Of a DNA stretch of 64,000 nt, positions 51,591-64,000 are shown one piece after another; within the stretch, counting starts at the first letter, position 1; each line of letters opens with the position of its first letter. The stretch is taken from the NCBI RefSeq assembly GCF_001194135.2, contig NC_068995.1, forward strand, positions 17,103,941 through 17,167,940, written 5' to 3'. The translations under genes and the position numbers were made by a program. The notes beneath the pieces are model-generated. The model saw nothing but the letters and a program-made list of their open reading frames with translations. It was not told the origin of the DNA and searched no databases. Origin of the DNA: Octopus bimaculoides (lineage: Eukaryota).

Positions 51591-52586
51591 ACGTGTGTGT
51601 ATATATACATCGGTGTATGTGTGAGTTAAGCTTGTGTATGTATAGGCACTTGGAAAGTTGTGTGAAGAGACGGCAAACTATTTGCTGGTATCCATAGATT
51701 AAGATGGAACGGAACTGGAGACAGAGGGAAAGGGAGGGAGACCGTTTCTTATAAAGGCTATTAACGAAAATATCCCGCCAAAAAAAAAAAAAGAAAAATA
51801 CAAAACAAAAATTGAGATTTATATTCTGTGGCAGAAGAGAAAAAAATATGCGTTGCTTGGTTTATCTATATTCTTGGAAGTAATGATTCTCTGACGCATT
51901 AGGTACATTTGGAATACAAACTATTAATTAACTTGAAGAATAACTGTAAAGATAATTGTTAATTTTGTTCTCGTTGGTTTTGGTTTTCTTCTTTCGCTAC
52001 TGCCTGTGTTTTTGTGTGCTATAAGGAGATTTGTAAATAATTTTCTTGTGGTATTTATTTACACATCTTTATGTTCAGGTGATCTGAGTTCAAATTCAGT
52101 TCGTATTAACTTTCATTTCTCTATTTTCCGGGTTTCATAAAAATAAATAACAGTAAATTACTGGGTCGATGGCTCGAACTACATCCCTCCTGCATAAAAG
52201 TACATCCATTATTTCTATGTTGGAAATGTTTTATATTGTTTTTTCAGCACCTCGTTTTCTTGTATGTGTGTGCTCCAATGTGTTTTACTGCTGGCATGGA
52301 GCCTAGACTCCTTGCTTTACGGAGAGGGTGATGGAGAAAAAATGGGTGCAAGAATGACCGATAAACACATCATTATTATATATAATGTACGTAAATTCCG
52401 GAATACATGTATGCACGTTCACAAAGACACGTCTTAGAGAAGATAAAGGGAATGAAAGAGAAAGAGAAAGAGGAAGAGATAACTGTGATAACAGAACGAA
52501 CACTGCGTTAGCTGACAGTATATTGGAATCAATGAAACCAGCCACTATTTTTTCAGAAGCGTACGTTTGATCTATCTATCTGTCTG

Positions 52587-52657
<71 letters not shown>

Positions 52658-52681
52658 ATCTATCTATACACATAACGAGAG

Positions 52682-52724
<43 letters not shown>

Positions 52725-52739
52725 AAACTGACAATTTCC

Positions 52740-52970
52740 CGTAGATATTGCTTTAGAGTTTGAGAAGCGGGTGTTGAGGGATATTCGGGCAAAATATCTC
52801 GCAGAATGTTTTCCTCTTCTTACCCTCAAGTTCACACACTGCTGAGGTCGACGTTGCTCTTCATCATCTCGTGGACGATAATACAGGTACAATTCAAGCA
52901 CAGGGGTGGATGTAATCAACTTTGTCAACCCACTTAAATTACTGATACTGTGCTAAATTTTGAAACAACA
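52740..52970 (-). mobile_element. SINE family 1 (strongly diverged)
   Basis: ctcaagttcacacactgctgaggtcgacgttgctcttcatcatctcgtggacgataatacaggtacaatt..aaattttgaaaca. The core reads on the given strand, so the strand call is uncertain and may be +. Confidence 0.4.
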
Positions 52971-53511
52971 GTTAGAGTTAGACAATAACTGCGTAAGACC
53001 AATGCACAATTCTGTGTTCAGTAAAACAAACATTTATACTGTTTCTGCGTATATTTGAACTAATAGATTACATTACTAATATTTGCGCAACAAATATCCA
53101 CAGTGTTTGATGGATATCCCCGTCAATTTTGACGAAAGAATTTTTCAGTTGTTTAATCAACAGAACTACTCGCAAATTATTTATTACAGTATAAATCCTG
53201 AGAATTGTGAAGATGCATGAAACCTAAGAATAATTCTTTTATTCATGCAGAATCAGTGATCAAGGCTGGGCCATGGTGTTATGTGTGTAGTAACCTCAAT
53301 GGTTCTTAAATCATTTTCCTTGGATGTGCTACCACACTTCCACAAATTGCCGCACAATACATCGTACTGATATAATTGTGAGTCACGGTAATGATTATAG
53401 CTCTATTCTGGATCGTGTTTAATAAAGCAGCCTGAAGAGCCATGAATGTGTTGTTTTCAGCCCCAGTTAACCTCAGATCATACAAATAAGTATACACACG
53501 CACATACAAAT

Positions 53512-53547
<36 letters not shown>

Positions 53548-53999
53548 CAACTCATACACAAACAAGCGGGTACATACACACACACACACACTCAAAGAGG
53601 CACTAATAAACACACATACACGCACTCACACGCACTAACACATTCTCACATACGCCAACTCACAGAGAGACACACTTGAGAGCAGAGAAGATATAAAGAT
53701 GTGATCGCAGAAAACCGAAACGAAATATTCTGCTCGGCAACTGTTGGACCTGTACCGGTGCCGGACGACGATGAGAAGGTGATTTAGTGAAACGATTTGG
53801 GTGAAGATGGAAAAGAATAAAGCAATCAAGAAACAATTAGAGGCGTATTTCAACCAGAGATATTTTACAACATCCGATAGTGTAATCGAGGCAGTGATAT
53901 ATCTGTCTATCTATCTATCTATCTATCTATACATACACACACACACATATATGTATATGTCTCTCTCTCTCTCTCTCTGTGTGTCTCTCTCTCTCTGTG

Positions 54000-54044
<45 letters not shown>

Positions 54045-54933
54045 GGTAGTTTACGTCCGCTGTCATGAGATATCAGTTAACTCAAGTCTATGGTAGAATA
54101 CAGATATACTAGATTTCCGCGTAATGGAATCGAACCCAGGACCACTAGGTTACAAAGCGAATTCCGTATTCAAGCACCTCACGCTGCGCCAATATATTCA
54201 GAGATTTGCTGTAACAGTATTTTGTTCATCACTTGAAATTATACACTATGTTTACCAATCATTTCCCCAACTCCAACACCGCTTCCATCCATACCCCTCT
54301 GTCTTCTGTTAGGTTGAAAATTATCTCACAAGAATTTCTTCTTATTCAAATGTCGTCGTTACGGAATTAAAATGGAAGACCATCTTTCCATTCCGTCTGC
54401 CTCAGGCAGCAGAAGTTTTGATTGCTTCAGAGAACGAAAGTACTTTGTATTTGATGTCAGCTGTGTTTGGATTTGATTACCGCAACACGTCACCCATGGA
54501 CACTGGGGTCTTCTGTATTCGTGTTTGTAGCCCTTCGAACTTGTAGCAATCCTTCAACTGTCGTTCGGTCTATGTGAACGTGTATTTGTTGCTGCTTTAT
54601 TTTTCGTTTTCTTTATTTCTTTTCTGCCTAATTTTCATTCATGCATTCTCCCTCTCTCTTTCCTTTACTGTTTTTTTATTCTTCTTGTTTTTTTTTTTCC
54701 ATTTTGTTCTGTTGTGAACTGAATGCAACGGCGTCAAGCAGTTGAAGGCAAGTGTACACATTCTGTCAGACGGAATTTTGATACGACAGAAAACGAACTA
54801 GTTTGTCGTCAAATAACGATCACAGCTCGTATATAATTCTTCTTAGGTTTAAAGTATCAATTTCCAAGGCAAGTAATGGTAAACACAAAATGTAAGAAGT
54901 AATGTTGAAAAGCGAGTAAAACGNNNNNNNNNN

Positions 54934-55016
<83 letters not shown>

Positions 55017-57735
55017 TACATATAACATATGAGTATATTCACGTTCCTGCAATAAGCTACGTAACTATCTCATACAATTATAAATATACACATGCACAGA
55101 CACACACACGCATGTTTATGCTTTGCGTATACATATAAATATATTCATATAGAAGCATATATAGCAAAAAATGTGCAATTACTTTCTGTGTGCATACATT
55201 AATGCAATGAAAAATCTTAACAAAGGAAGGAGAAAGTAACATTTAGAGGTGAAGGAGAGAACGAGAAGGAGAGAGAGAGGGAGAGAGAGGGGGGGGCAAG
55301 AGAAACAGGTAGACAGATGCAGAACAAAGCAGAAACTCAGAGATAGACTGATAGATAGATAGGTAGAGAGGGNNNNNNNNNNNNNNNNNNNNNNNNNNNN
55401 NNNNNNNNNNNNNNNNNNNNNNNNNNNNNNNNNNNNNNNNNNNNNNNNNNNNNNNNNNNNNNNNNNNNNNNNNNNNNNNNNNNNNNNNNNNNNNNNNNNN
55501 NNNNNNNNNNNNNNNNNNNNNNNNNNNNNNNNNNNNNNNNNNNNNNNNNNNNNNNNNNNNNNNNNNNNNNNNNNNNNNNNNNNNNNNNNNNNNNNNNNNN
55601 NNNNNNNNNNNNNNNNNNNNNNNNNNNNNNNNNNNNNNNNNNNNNNNNNNNNNNNNNNNNNNNNNNNNNNNNNNNNNNNNNNNNNNNNNNNNNNNNNNNN
55701 NNNNNNNNNNNNNNNNNNNNNNNNNNNNNNNNNNNNNNNNNNNNNNNNNNNNNNNNNNNNNNNNNNNNNNNNNNNNNNNNNNNNNNNNNNNNNNNNNNNN
55801 NNNNNNNNNNNNNNNNNNNNNNNNNNNNNNNNNNNNNNNNNNNNNNNNNNNNNNNNNNNNNATTAAAAAAAAAAAAATTCGATTTTTATATTTGCATATA
55901 TTACAAGTTAGTAATGGTGCTGGTTGTGAATTGAATTCATTATAGAAATGCTGTTGTTCATATTCTACACGTGAGGTGTATGTGAAGGAAGAAACAAACA
56001 CATTGGCGATACAATGTATAGAGGTGGAATCATAAATTGAGAAGTATGCGGCCTGTCGTTCTACGATTCTTAATACGCTGTTATCTACCGTTGCATTGCG
56101 GCCATTTTGGAACAACGCATTGGAGGGTTTAGTTGAAGAGGTACACCATGGTACTTACTTTAAAAAACAGGTACTTATGCGTTAGCTTCTTTCTGCTGTC
56201 ACTTCTAAGGTACGGAGGACACAAAAAACAGCCAACATTGGTTGGTAATTGAATAGCTAATAATTACGTTTCGTTTCTCTGTACCTCTGCGGTCTTTCTC
56301 TATTCGTATAGGAATGATTTATTTAGACTTCTCTTGTATTGCTAACGATTGCTTCTATGTATGTATGTATGTATGTATGTATGTATGTATGTATCTATCT
56401 ATCTATCTGTCTACTTGACAAAGACAAATAGACACGCAATCAAACAATTTCATATATTTATGTATATGTACGTATGTATATATATATGTATATATATATA
56501 TATATATANNNNNNNNNNNNNNNNNNNNNNNNNNNNNNNNNNNNNNNNNNNNNNNNNNNNNNNNNNNNNNNNNNNNNNNNNNNNNNNNNNNNNNNNNNNN
56601 NNNNNNNNNNNNNNNNNNNNNNNNNNNNNNNNNNNNNNNNNNNNNNNNNNNNNNNNNNNNNNNNNNNNNNNNNNNNNNNNNNNNNNNNNNNNNNNNNNNN
56701 NNNNNNNNNNNNNNNNNNNNNNNNNNNNNNNNNNNNNNNNNNNNNNNNNNNNNNNNNNNNNNNNNNNNNNNNNNNNNNNNNNNNNNNNNNNNNNNNNNNN
56801 NNNNNNNNNNNNNNNNNNNNNNNNNNNNNNNNNNNNNNNNNNNNNNNNNNNNNNNNNNNNNNNNNNNNNNNNNNNNNNNNNNNNNNNNNNNNNNNNNNNN
56901 NNNNNNNNNNNNNNNNNNNNNNNNNNNNNNNNNNNNNNNNNNNNNNNNNNNNNNNNNNNNNNNNNNNNNNNNNNNNNNNNNNNNNNNNNNNNNNNNNNNN
57001 NNNNNNNNNNNNNNNNNNNNNNNNNNNNNNNNNNNNNNNNNNNNNNNNNNNNNNNNNNNNNNNNNNNNNNNNNNNNNNNNNNNNNNNNNNNNNNNNNNNN
57101 NNNNNNNNNNNNNNNNNNNNNNNNNNNNNNNNNNNNNNNNNNNNNNNNNNNNNNNNNNNNNNNNNNNNNNNNNNNNNNNNNNNNNNNNNNNNNNNNNNNN
57201 NNNNNNNNNNNNNNNNNNNNNNNNNNNNNNNNNNNNNNNNNNNNNNNNNNNNNNNNNNNNNNNNNNNNNNNNNNNNNNNNNNNNNNATATATATATGAAG
57301 AGGACCTTTATAAAATTACTGTTTCTTGATCTTTTGAATTGAATATTGAATCTTATACTATGTGTGTCACTTTCTGTTTTATCCGAGGAGAATGAAATCG
57401 ATAAACAGGTGCGTTCGTACAGAAATATATAAATATCTCTAAATCAAAAGCCTCTAAATTTATGGTACGTCTTTCCAGCATCTGTGTCAATTCCACCAAT
57501 TTATCGGACGTCATATAAAAAAACACCCGTCATTTCATGTACAAAAGAGAACACGTTTATTAACTCTAATAATATGAACAATTAAATATATCGTTTTCTA
57601 AATGACCGACAAGTATCATTTCATTCATTCTTCAGAAAGGAAATCATTAAAAATTTGCATGTCTATAAGACGTGCAGATGAAAGAGAAAAATTGTTGCTC
57701 TTTATAGGATTACACAGATGGTCATATATATTATA

Positions 57736-57975
57736 TACGAGATTTGATCAATAAGTATCCGGACTGTTGCCATAGTAACGAAGCTAAAGCATACGCAGTA
57801 AAGCCGCTTGGCACAGATTTACCTTCAACGGTGTTGTGCAGGCGCACTAAGTTTTAACGCTCTAACTCACTTATACTATTTACAGCAGTGCTTGAAATGG
57901 AGGAGTGTAGCGTGTAATCGTCTTATTGATCATGACAGAGAAAGTTGTCATAGTAATACCTGCTTAGAGGCCTGA
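57736..57975 (+). mobile_element. 5' end of the same mariner family as 5873-6760
   Basis: tacgagatttgatcaataagtatccggactgtt after TA; about 240 bp collinear with 5873-6110 (gcactaagtttt, gtgtagcgt, gaaagttgtcat, agaggcct). Confidence 0.8.
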
Positions 57976-58118
57976 GATCTTATTGGAATATATTCCCCTA
58001 ATTTCTATTCTTAGAAGTGAATTTTATTTATTGGTTAACTGTTGAATAACATTTTGAATACCTAACTGGGAGCAAACTGGTAATCGTTTTAAGGTAATCC
58101 CTTATTTTGTACTGATAT

Positions 58119-58170
<52 letters not shown>

Positions 58171-59062
58171 NNNNNNNNNNNNNNNNNNNNNNNNNNNNNN
58201 NNNNNNNNNNNNNNNNNNNNNNNNNNNNNNNNNNNNNNNNNNNNNNNNNNNNNNNNNNNNNNNNNNNNNNNNNNNNNNNNNNNNNNNNNNNNNNNNNNNN
58301 NNNNNNNNNNNNNNNNNNNNNNNNNNNNNNNNNNNNNNNNNNNNNNNNNNNNNNNNNNNNNNNNNNNNNNNNNNNNNNNNNNNNNNNNNNNNNNNNNNNN
58401 NNNNNNNNNNNNNNNNNNNNNNNNNNNNNNNNNNNNNNNNNNNNNNNNNNNNNNNNNNNNNNNNNNNNNNNNNNNNNNNNNNNNNNNNNNNNNNNNNNNN
58501 NNNNNNNNNNNNNNNNNNNNNNNNNNNNNNNNNNNNNNNNNNNNNNNNNNNNNNNNNNNNNNNNNNNNNNNNNNNNNNNNNNNNNNNNNNNNNNNNNNNN
58601 NNNNNNNNNNNNNNNNNNNNNNNNNNNNNNNNNNNNNNNNNNNNNNNNNNNNNNNNNNNNNNNNNNNNNNNNNNNNNNNNNNNNNNNNNNNNNNNNNNNN
58701 NNNNNNNNNNNNNNNNNNNNNNNNNNNNNNNNNNNNNNNNNNNNNNNNNNNNNNNNNNNNNNNNNNNNNNNNNNNNNNNNNNNNNNNNNNNNNNNNNNNN
58801 NNNNNNNNNNNNNNNNNNNNNNNNNNNNNNNNNNNNNNNNNNNNNNNNNNNNNNNNNNNNNNNNNNNNNNNNNNNNNNNNNNNNNNNNNNNNNNNNNNNN
58901 NNNNNNNNNNNNNNNNNNNNNNNNNNNNNNNNNNNNNNNNNNNNNNNNNNNNNNNNNNNNNNNNNNNNNNNNNNNNNNNNNNNNNNNNNNNNNNNNNNNN
59001 NNNNNNNNNNNNNNNNNNNNNNNNNNNNNNNNNNNNNNNNNNNNNNNNNNNNNNNNNNNNNN

Positions 59063-59095
<33 letters not shown>

Positions 59096-60293
59096 GTGCA
59101 TATGTGTATGTGTGTGTGTTTGTGCACGCGTGTGTGTAGTCATTTCAATTACTTTATACAAATGCACGCGTATTTATATTAATTTCGAGAACGGGTCGAA
59201 TCAAGACTGCCAAATCAATGTGATAAAAATGTCAAAATCTTGTATTATAAAATGCATTCTAAAATGAAATTTTTGCTTGTGAACTAAAAAAAAAGAGGAA
59301 TGTAAATGTATCTAGATTGACATTATGTACATTTTAATTTACTTCGCTGATAATTCAATATGCGATCCAATTGGATTCTTGCCATTAAAAATTAAACTTT
59401 AAAATATCGAAGAGCCCGAATGAATGTATATATACATACGTACATGCATACACATACATACCTACATACAAACACACACACAAACACAAACACACCTATA
59501 TACAAAAACACAAGCAGACATACACTGTCACACACGCGCACACACATGACAAGAAGAATAATTTATATATTGAGAGGAGGCCTCGAAATTTCAGAAACCA
59601 GAATATATGGTGGGGATTTGTGTATGATGCGTGAAGAGTACTATCAAAACAAAAAACAACATAATTTCATCAAATTAAATTACTTAGTTTGTTGGTTACT
59701 TGCTTGGAGCCAATCACAGAGAATTAAAGGCACATGTCTCCCTTTTAATTTCGCTTACACGCTAATAGGTTCATCCTCAGACAAGTTCCGTTCACATACA
59801 CCTTAGTCGCCATATTCGATCACCTTTCGAATAAGTTTCTCATTGAATTATCCGGAGAATATCGCTGAATTTCCCTTTCATTTTCTCTCTCTGAACGCCA
59901 TCTTTGGACGTTCCACCGACCACATTCTGTGACTAGTTGAGGGCTGTACGTGACCTAATTCCAAATGCCGAACACCCTGTGTTGGACTTCCCACCTAAGC
60001 ACATATTGAGAATCAAGCGATGTCCTTGGAATGGAGAAGCATGCTCTCATTTCGATCAATTGAATTAAGAATTGCAGTTCTGTTGCAGTGATATTCCTCT
60101 GCCTTATATGCTCATTGAATGGCTTTTAGTTGCCCCGTGTCGTAGAGCACGTGATTTGATATGACAGCGCAAACATCGTGTGTTACATTAAAGAAATGAT
60201 TGGGGCTCATTCCTACCGCTAGCAACGTCAGCTGCGATTGTCTCCTAATAATATAATCTCTCAATCAGTCTTCATCTAATATATTTTTCATAC

Positions 60294-60510
60294 AAGGCGG
60301 TGAGCTGGCAGAAGCGTTAGCACGCCGGGCGAAATTCTTAGCAGTATTTTGTCTGTCTTTACGGTCTGAGTTCAAATTCCGCCGAGCTCGATTTTTCTTT
60401 CACCCTTTTGGGGTCGATAAATTGAGTACTAGTTGCGTACTAGAGTCGATCTAATCGACTGGCCCCCACCTCAAAAGTTTCGGGCCTTGTGCTTAGGGTA
60501 CAAAAGAATG
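60294..60510 (+). mobile_element. SINE family 1, near full length
   Basis: aaggcggtgagctggcagaagcgttagcacgccgggcg..gagttcaaattccgccgag..ggggtcgataaattgagtactagt..cgggccttgtgc. Confidence 0.9.
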
Positions 60511-62494
60511 CATTTTCCATATATTACCGGCATTTCTTTATTAATATGCAGCAAATCTTCTCCTCTTCAGTGAATTCCACTAACTGCCGTGTCAATTCTG
60601 TCAAGCTTTCATCTTGTCGGACGATGGTGCGATAACACATGGAGCGGACCCATTGTCGTCTGGGATATTGACTTCTGACACGACGACATTTTGATCTGGG
60701 CCTTCTGTTGCTGTTCTCCCTTTGCTGATTTCTTGCTATTTTGAGCAGAAAACCCTGATACGACTTTATTTACAGTTTCTTAAATATCTTATTCTACAAC
60801 CAAATATATTATTCTTTTAATTTTTGCACCAATATCATGATACGAATCCGAGCTTTAAGTTGGTCCTCTTCGAAGGGTATTAGCGCTTGTATATTTATAC
60901 AGATCGCCACATGACATGGTATTATTTCATGTTATTTCTGCGCTCATCTCCTGTCTATCGCAGGTAGCGAAAATCCAAGGCTTACGGTTACTACTAACGT
61001 CATTGGCCATGTCTTTTGCTTTCTGTCATCATATATGGGACACCATGTGGAAGATGCGCAAATCGCTAACTCCATCTGTCGCATAAGACTCTGGGAAGAT
61101 ATGTGGTGTACCGTCACCACATCTCTCCATATTATGCCCTTATGTTCACACTTCTATATGCTCTGCTATAATGGAAAAGAAATCATGGCACGTATACTCC
61201 GAAGCTTCTAAATATTTCTATGACGACAGATAGAAACACCTGTCTACTTTGGCAAGACACTTGTGCTGATTTATATAAGGCTAATTATATAGGCGAGCGG
61301 TGTCCTAAATTTTGTAAAATGTTGTTCCTTTTTCCCTTTTTCTTCCAGGCGTTCACACACTTTACCAATGAATTCGCTTTTTCTATAGCAGCACTGACAA
61401 GATTTCTTCCATCGCTATTGGCGTTATCAGAAAAGAAAAATCGTTCTTATTTATATATTAGAATATATTCTACGTTTGTTTGTTAAAAAATATTTGTTTT
61501 TTCAATAAATGAATAGTCTGATCTCAGAGGGAGTTGTATTTTGTACATCCACTCACTTCAAATTATAAGCAACAACAACCAAAATAAAAAAAAAAACAAC
61601 AACGTTAGAATTAATAACAAGAACACGAATAACAACAAAAATACTGATGAGGATAATTTCAGAATCTGTTTTAAATATAAAGAAACATACAAGTGAAGAT
61701 TGTTATCACTATTCTTACTAGAGTAGCAAGATTGAAGGATTGGCACAATCGCGTTGAATTTAACATTACGTTATAACCCCGGTGAATCGTTTTCTAAAGC
61801 ATCAGTCAAACATTGAGACCAATACCATCAGACGTGCTGTATAGTACATATGATCATTAACACCAGAGTGGTATAATTGATAGATTGCTGAAACAAGCGC
61901 TTAGCATTATTAGGTTCTGTGCATTAAAACCTTTAACAGCACACAGTAATACTTTTCTATACAGAGTCAAGTAAATACTATTGTGCTGTAGTGCTGTAGT
62001 ACATAGGGACTATTGTTTTTTCGGAATTAAATACTACAAATTGAAATCAGTAATTTTATTGTAGAAGTACCAATATACAGCGTATACACTTATGAACACG
62101 ATTATTGACACATTTTCTAAAAAGGGAATTTTATTGAATTTCTCGCTGAAAATAGATGTCCACGAAAGTGTTCTTGTGTCACAATAATATGAACAACTAC
62201 AGTATAGAATTTGCGAAAGAACATCTGCCGGTGTATAATACGGTAATTTCAATCGATAAAAATTTCATGCACGGCTGAAAACTATTGGCATCTGCATAAC
62301 GAGTTGACTATTGCGTTGCAAAGAACCCTGATTTGGCCTATCATATCAGAATACGTGTCGAATAATAGAGATTTCGTCATCCTGAGAAAATTCTAAAATA
62401 CGGAAACTCCTTGAATAACAAGGATATATGTTATCATTCGCACAATCTTTTTTCAGCCTTCTTTGGGTAAACAAACGATCCTATCTGCGACATC

Positions 62495-63400
62495 ATGGCG
62501 CACAGTTCTGACTTAAGGAAGAATAGTATTGATGTTGAGTTGCTAGAGAGGCATATACGATATTGTCTATGGCTAGATCTTCTGTTAGCAACATAATCGT
62601 GAAACATCGAGATATCGGTTTGTTACAGAACAGGAGTGAACGCGGCAGAAAGAAGTGCTTTTCATAAGGAGATGAGTGGATGTTAATAAAAATGATTAAC
62701 AATGAGAACTATCGATTTAATCCTTCAAGGTCAAGAATTAATCAAGATCTCAATAGAGAAGCTTCAAGGCGTACCATCACCGGAAGACGCCATTGTTGAA
62801 GACTAACAACTTAAATGCCCGTTTGAAGATGACCGTTTTTGGTACTCTGTTCTGTGGTCTGACGAAACCAAACTCAAGTTATTCGTTTAAAACGAAAAAG
62901 ACTACTGTTTGAAGGAAATAGAAAGCTACAAACCGAAGAATGCCAACCCTACCTTGAAATATGGTGGAGGTAGCATAACGCTGTAGAACAGTGTTTCTAT
63001 TCAAGTCACTGGAAAGCTAATTTGAATTGAAGGAACGATGAAAAAGAAAATTATGTCGATATTTTGATTGAAAATCAGAAGTCGTCGGCGAAGCAATTAG
63101 GATGAGGATGCTAATGGACCCTCAAGCAGGACAATGATCCTAAACATACCTCACTTTTAATCCAAAATTGATTGAAATAAAGCAAGACAGATGTTGTCCC
63201 AAGGCAAGCTGAAGGTCTGGTGGAATATTTATGAGGGAGCTAAAGAAAAGAGTGAAAGCAAGAAGGCCATTTTGTGGGAATAATATACGATTGAAGATAG
63301 GCAAAAATTCTTTCTCATCTATGCGTCAAGCGAATTGAAAGCTAACCATGAAGATCGAAGGTGTATCATTTATTTGAGCATAAATGATACACTATTGATT
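62495..63400 (+). pseudogene. Decayed Tc1-family (DD34E-type) transposase
   Basis: FWYSVLWSDETKLKLF (62835-62885), YKPKNANPTLKYGGGSI, ILIENQKSSAKQLG, LKQDNDPKHTS (63127-63150). Many stops and frameshifts; the SPDLNPIE region is eroded. Confidence 0.85.
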
Positions 63401-63951
63401 GTTAATAACCGAACGTTGTAGAAGTACCAATAATTTTGAACTAACCAATTATTTTGTTTCTCTGTTTGCTGCTTAAAAAAATGTTTTGGAAATTAAACAT
63501 TTGTTTGATTTCCAAGGCAGAGGCATGCTGCGTCAAGAAAACTGCTGTTCTTCCTTTAAACCTACATTGACCAAAATTTGTTTATATAGGCACTGATTTT
63601 AAGCAAATTCAATAAAAACCCATTTTGACAAGGTGTGCAAATAATTGAAACTACACACGCACACACACGTGGAAACACACATACATACGGACACACACAC
63701 ACACGCACACTCGCACACACTCCCACAAACAAACTTACGCACAATTTTATATACGTATGCATGTATTAGATATTTGCTTGATAAACCTGTTATATCTCTT
63801 TAGACATGTACTCACGCAGTTGGAGAATTATAATTATTTATCTACTTATATGTAGAGACACTTCTGCATGGATGTGTGTCTTTATATATAAATATGTGTG
63901 TGTGTGTGTGTGTACTATCTATATATATATATATACAATTTTAATTGTATG

Positions 63952-64000
<49 letters not shown>

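Overview
Eukaryotic, AT-rich, microsatellite-dense draft-assembly DNA with many N gaps flanked by (TA)n/(GA)n. The repeat families and compound microsatellites resemble an octopus (coleoid cephalopod) genome; this is inference from pattern recognition, not a search. There is no prokaryotic-type gene content, and most ORFs in the supplied track are artefacts of microsatellites or N gaps. Decayed mobile elements: an R4/Dong-like RLE non-LTR retrotransposon (10.2-12.8 kb, plus a second RT fragment at 45.3-45.8 kb), a GTF2IRD2/SPIN-like hAT transposase pseudogene (22.9-25.1 kb), three kinds of Tc1/mariner relics, a hAT MITE and many copies of two tRNA-derived SINE families. A chain of largely phase-compatible minus-strand candidate exons from about 46.5 kb to 9.0 kb would encode an unrecognised Cys-rich protein with a hydrophobic C-terminus. 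The most striking object is a ~525 bp fold-back element inside the hAT gene (24463-24987). It consists of two head-to-head copies of a tRNA-headed SINE whose tail carries a Penelope-type minimal hammerhead ribozyme, flanked by a 16 bp target duplication. A second repeat family carries a variant hammerhead-like motif.
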